A stretch of 64,000 nt of DNA, taken from IMG/VR virus record IMGVR_UViG_3300029891_000001, positions 1 through 64,000 of that record; one strand, given 5' to 3'. A model generated the notes under the pieces. It worked only from the letters and a program-made list of their open reading frames with translations, had not been told where the DNA came from and made no database searches. This DNA comes from a virus. Below, one piece after another: positions 61,201 to 64,000 of the stretch; position 1 is the stretch's first letter, and each line of letters opens with the position of its first letter. The translations under genes and the position numbers were made by a program.

Positions 61201-63911
61201 GAAGTATTTAATCCTCCAAAAGTAGCCTTAGCTAAATCTCTCCAATTTTTAGAACTAGAGAGTGCATCCTCAGAGAACTTTTCCATAGTTTTATTAAATG
61301 CTTTATAGGATTCGTTAGCTTCTAAAATATTTTTTATATTAGCTACAACTCCCTTCTCAGTTTCAAGATCAGCTATTCTGGATTTCAAAACCATTTCATA
61401 TGCCTTTTTTCTTTCTTCAGTAGCTTCTTTGAGAACTTTAAGTTCTTCTTTATTACTTTCTATAGTTTTTCTTACAGCTGTATCTAAAATATCATAAGCA
61501 TTTGCCTGATTAATAATTGCTTTTCTTGTTTCTGAAACTGCTTCGTTTAATTCAATAGATTGACCAGTATATACATCTAAAACCGTATTAACCTTTTTCA
61601 AAGTATCATTATAATCTTTTGTACCAATACCCAAATCATTGAGTTGTTTAATATAATCCTTAACAATAGATAAATTTTTATCATAAATATCATTTTGACT
61701 TTCTAAACTTTTTACTTCTCTTTCTGTAGTCAATAATCTTTCTTTGGCACTTTCCCCGATTTCATTGTAATCAGTTATTTGTCTTCTAGATTTTTTGCCA
61801 AATAATGCCCAAAGACCAACAAGAACACCAACTGCTAAAGCAACTCCACTTAAAATTCCAGCATAAGTAGCCATAGATGCTGACAACCCCGTTAAAGTAG
61901 CCCCCTGTTTAGAAAGAAAAGAATTAGTAATAGCCACAGAAGAAGCTAAGGATTTTTGTGAAGCAGCCGCCCCCAAAGAACTGAAAGTCATATTAGTAAG
62001 AGCTTTTCCAATAATCTTTAATAAAAATTCTAATGAAATAAAAACTCCTTTAACAACTAAAAAAACACCAAGAAAAGTAGCGAATGCACCTACTATACCA
62101 CCAAAAATAGTTTTTAGCGGTTTAAGAAAATTCAAAAATTTATTAAAAATACTTACCATATTAGTTATTGGAACAAGTAAGGTACTACCAATTCTTTCTC
62201 CAAATTCTGATATAACTACTTTAAAACTTTCCCAAGATTTAGCAATAGTTTCTACTTCTAATTGATTAGCCCTTAATGCTTCTGTAGAAGCTTTTTGTGC
62301 CGTTATAACAGATTTTTGTTTAACTGCATAATTATCCATTAAAGCAACAAAATCAGAATATCTTCTTATTCCTCCTAAAGTAACAGCAATATTAGCTTTT
62401 GTAACATCATCTAAAGTTCCCCATTTCACAGATAAATCATCTAATATATCATCTAAATCTCTGAAAGTATAAGCATTTTGTAACACAGCTATATTAATAC
62501 CTTCAAATACGTCTATAACTTCTTTTCTTGGTAACCTGGCGAACATAGTCTTTAATGACTGTCCAATAGCAGTACCACTTTTTCTAGTTACAGCATTGAT
62601 AGCGGAAACATAACCAGTTAAATCATCAATATCGACACCAACAACTCTAGCTGCTGCACCAACAATCTTCATAGCATTGGCTAAATCTTTGGCTTCTACT
62701 GGAAAAGCAGCTTGTACTGCCATCCATTTAGCAATAACTTGTGTAGATTCTTCTATAGCTACACCATAAGTAAAAATCGCAGAAGTAAGAGCTTCTGTAA
62801 CTTCTTTTGCATCCATTTCAATCGCGTTAACACCCAACAAAGTAGCTTTAGTAGTTTCTAAGGTTTGAGATACATTAAGTCCCATCTGTGCCCATACTTG
62901 CATTGATCTGCCAACTTCTAGAGCAGATACAGAATATTGATACCCAAGTTCATAAGCACTATCTTTAAGTTCTTTGTTGGCATCTACTGTTTCTGGCAAA
63001 ACCTTATTAAGTCTTGCCATAACCAATTCCATATCAGTAAATACTTTCATAGAATCACGAAGAGCTTCGATAGCACCACGCATAGCATAAAAAGCTACAC
63101 GATATCTAATAAGTTTAGATATGGCAATTCCAATTCTATCATTTATTTGTTCTTGTTCTTTTGCAAGCTTTTCTTTTTCTACTCTAGCTTCTTTTTCTCG
63201 TTTGGTAGTATCTATAATACTGTCACGATAATTATTTACAGAATTAAAAGCTATATCCCATTCTTTATAAATACCCTCTCCAGCCGCCGTAGAACGAAGT
63301 TTCATATTGCCTTGGTCTTGTTGTATCCCACTTATTGTAATATAATTATTAATATCTTTTTGTACTTGTCTGATCCTATCAACAATTTTTAATCTTTCTT
63401 GATCTGTTTTAACGTTTTTATATAAAACTTGAGCATAATCTTTTGTAGCATTGAGAATTTGAGTAGCCATTACTAATTGATTACGATAAAGAGTCTGCGA
63501 TTGCATTAATCTGTCTATAATACTTTTAGGGAATATTCTGTCTCCACCAGTATCGGCAGACATTTTCATATATTCTCTAAGTTCTTTTGCTTTATCTACT
63601 ATTTCAGAAATAGTCTTTTTATCTAATTGTTCCGAAAATGTTGATCTGGCACCATGAATAGCAGCAGTGGCTTCTTTCTTGGGCATAGATCTTTCCCAAT
63701 CGCCAAAATAATTCTTTATTCGTGTACCAAAATTTTGAGCAACATCTCCAGTCTGAATCATTTTATTTATAACATTGTCAAAAGATTTTCTAGTATCTTT
63801 GTCCATCTCAGAAATAGCTTCTCTGACAATATTACAAGAACGAGTTGGCTTATCGCTATTAATAGCATCCCAAATTAAATTTATACCAACATCAAATGAT
63901 TCTGCTGCCAT
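58290..63911 (-). CDS. Tail tape measure protein (TP901-like) with SLT lytic transglycosylase domain
   Basis: 1873 aa helical; TP901-type core; IIKRESNFDP...GA.GLMQLMP.TA...AAYNAGPG..GGIPPFKETQ.YV. Confidence 0.94.
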   Translation of the reverse strand: MAAESFDVGINLIWDAINSDKPTRSCNIVREAISEMDKDTRKSFDNVINKMIQTGDVAQNFGTRIKNYFGDWERSMPKKEATAAIHGARSTFSEQLDKKTISEIVDKAKELREYMKMSADTGGDRIFPKSIIDRLMQSQTLYRNQLVMATQILNATKDYAQVLYKNVKTDQERLKIVDRIRQVQKDINNYITISGIQQDQGNMKLRSTAAGEGIYKEWDIAFNSVNNYRDSIIDTTKREKEARVEKEKLAKEQEQINDRIGIAISKLIRYRVAFYAMRGAIEALRDSMKVFTDMELVMARLNKVLPETVDANKELKDSAYELGYQYSVSALEVGRSMQVWAQMGLNVSQTLETTKATLLGVNAIEMDAKEVTEALTSAIFTYGVAIEESTQVIAKWMAVQAAFPVEAKDLANAMKIVGAAARVVGVDIDDLTGYVSAINAVTRKSGTAIGQSLKTMFARLPRKEVIDVFEGINIAVLQNAYTFRDLDDILDDLSVKWGTLDDVTKANIAVTLGGIRRYSDFVALMDNYAVKQKSVITAQKASTEALRANQLEVETIAKSWESFKVVISEFGERIGSTLLVPITNMVSIFNKFLNFLKPLKTIFGGIVGAFATFLGVFLVVKGVFISLEFLLKIIGKALTNMTFSSLGAAASQKSLASSVAITNSFLSKQGATLTGLSASMATYAGILSGVALAVGVLVGLWALFGKKSRRQITDYNEIGESAKERLLTTEREVKSLESQNDIYDKNLSIVKDYIKQLNDLGIGTKDYNDTLKKVNTVLDVYTGQSIELNEAVSETRKAIINQANAYDILDTAVRKTIESNKEELKVLKEATEERKKAYEMVLKSRIADLETEKGVVANIKNILEANESYKAFNKTMEKFSEDALSSSKNWRDLAKATFGGLNTSKIGEYTYSLKKSKRSFTDLFGEDSMDILTKFQLNLSSIKMKSNLVIEEIEKMFDKMEDEKQITKEQKEEFLGFIDSEKITGKLNAVINTYIDLLMVLEKEPDKSKIPSMFVEFTTKMVNEAALNVRNSIAGIFGKITLKDTEIRSDITKLQDEIVSLFEIEPLGDKEWKIGQAPSKEIIAIQDKIKGLKESAKDLYNQFIKLQKTSPFGTGVADQLEFFGKESIDQLKTALEIQIEIGNTIDDLTKKQSLYNETITKLKDDTSDEEMKKFLLDYPELYEKIATDRENSIDSLDRELIIIQSSLQALSSERKIIKELANLTYNLTQEEKKRNNLLKERFLETQNISGLEYIVLRGLEFTSNIYEKLSRKASVREKLEKELINTQYDMETSLANQMDATEKFQAVLKANESKFKSMVKLLEKMSNIRLSKIFDSMNYGIDTFRKSVKDVISSIPENIETGSEKRYELNRDLADAEKELQEARRDGDRNAIQDAEYRLKVVRNELNYYKAGIYEIKQIFNKLFDSVGKAYWDKLASRFAESLSNISIGTSTLGQEFAQIFEKSTGGFIGDYTEALKAEHVRFLTEYWRMLNDFLTTQREIMMARKQEDASGLGYKYIGKEITSEFDDIIKEASKTYDVPEAIIKGIIKRESNFDPRAGSSVGARGLMQLMPKTAVDLGVDNRLDPYQNIMGGTKYFKEQYDKYKNLELALAAYNAGPGRVDEYGGIPPFKETQEYVKAIMESLEKQMSDVPSRQMSSYAMSLMDTFSDLDSVVGSSAEKVEEGFEKVKTELSEGAKALRSGLAIAAASLGQAITAGLFEGNTSALKGASFGGMFGPAGLEATLGKSLFESLGIFGGPLGILGGSLIGGLFGSLFGKGKEPEKPSSISLDENTRAIERNTLALEQLDQAIFNAPTRYNIPAFSGQFGTGNQVNITINGNNSNPDEIATAVIKTIENNINFGLAVGRTRGYNVI

Positions 63912-64000
63912 CTTAACTCCTAATTAACATTATAGACTTCTTTAGATCCATGTTTACGTTCTTTGTCTTTTTGTTTTTCTTTAAAAACTTTTCTCTCAAC

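Noticed and set aside
46864-63878. Short ORFs overlapping the tail genes on the antisense strand or in other frames
   Set aside because: They are shadow ORFs of long, well-supported minus-strand genes, without RBSs or motifs.

Overview
This window is a piece of an AT-rich (roughly 28% GC by eye) tailed dsDNA bacteriophage genome, probably siphovirus-like. No integrase, capsid or terminase gene is visible. It has four parts. (1) 1-~660 is a repeat-rich non-coding segment. (2) ~670-19.1 kb is an early/accessory region of small genes with many sigma70-type promoters. It holds tRNA-Leu(TAA), a PC4-like protein, two sigma factors, RuvB and a complete ubiquitin-like conjugation cassette (Ubl ending GEKG, E2-like, JAB peptidase, E1/ThiF). 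Around the cassette lie 18 small proteins, many of them zinc fingers, that share only an N-terminal M-K-I-x-L-type peptide; a 19th lies at 32.2 kb. (3) ~19.3-42.9 kb on the + strand encodes nucleotide metabolism, a bacterial-type replisome (DnaE, DnaB, DnaX-like, a primase with permuted domains) and recombination enzymes. It also holds a 7-deazaguanine gene set (FolE, QueD, QueD-like, QueE, DpdA/TGT-like) mixed with glycosyltransferases, methyltransferases and a deacetylase, and a 102-nt RNA that looks like a tmRNA reduced to its tRNA-like domain. (4) 42.9-64 kb on the - strand encodes the endolysin, large tail proteins, two Dit-like paralogs flanking a GC-richer insert of signal-peptide proteins, and a tape measure protein with an SLT domain. 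The best candidate for an undescribed system is the phage ubiquitin-like cassette together with the MKIxL-tagged protein family, which may be modular substrate adaptors. The mini-tmRNA and the possible sugar-hypermodified deazaguanine pathway come next. All calls come from reading motifs by eye; no database search was run.
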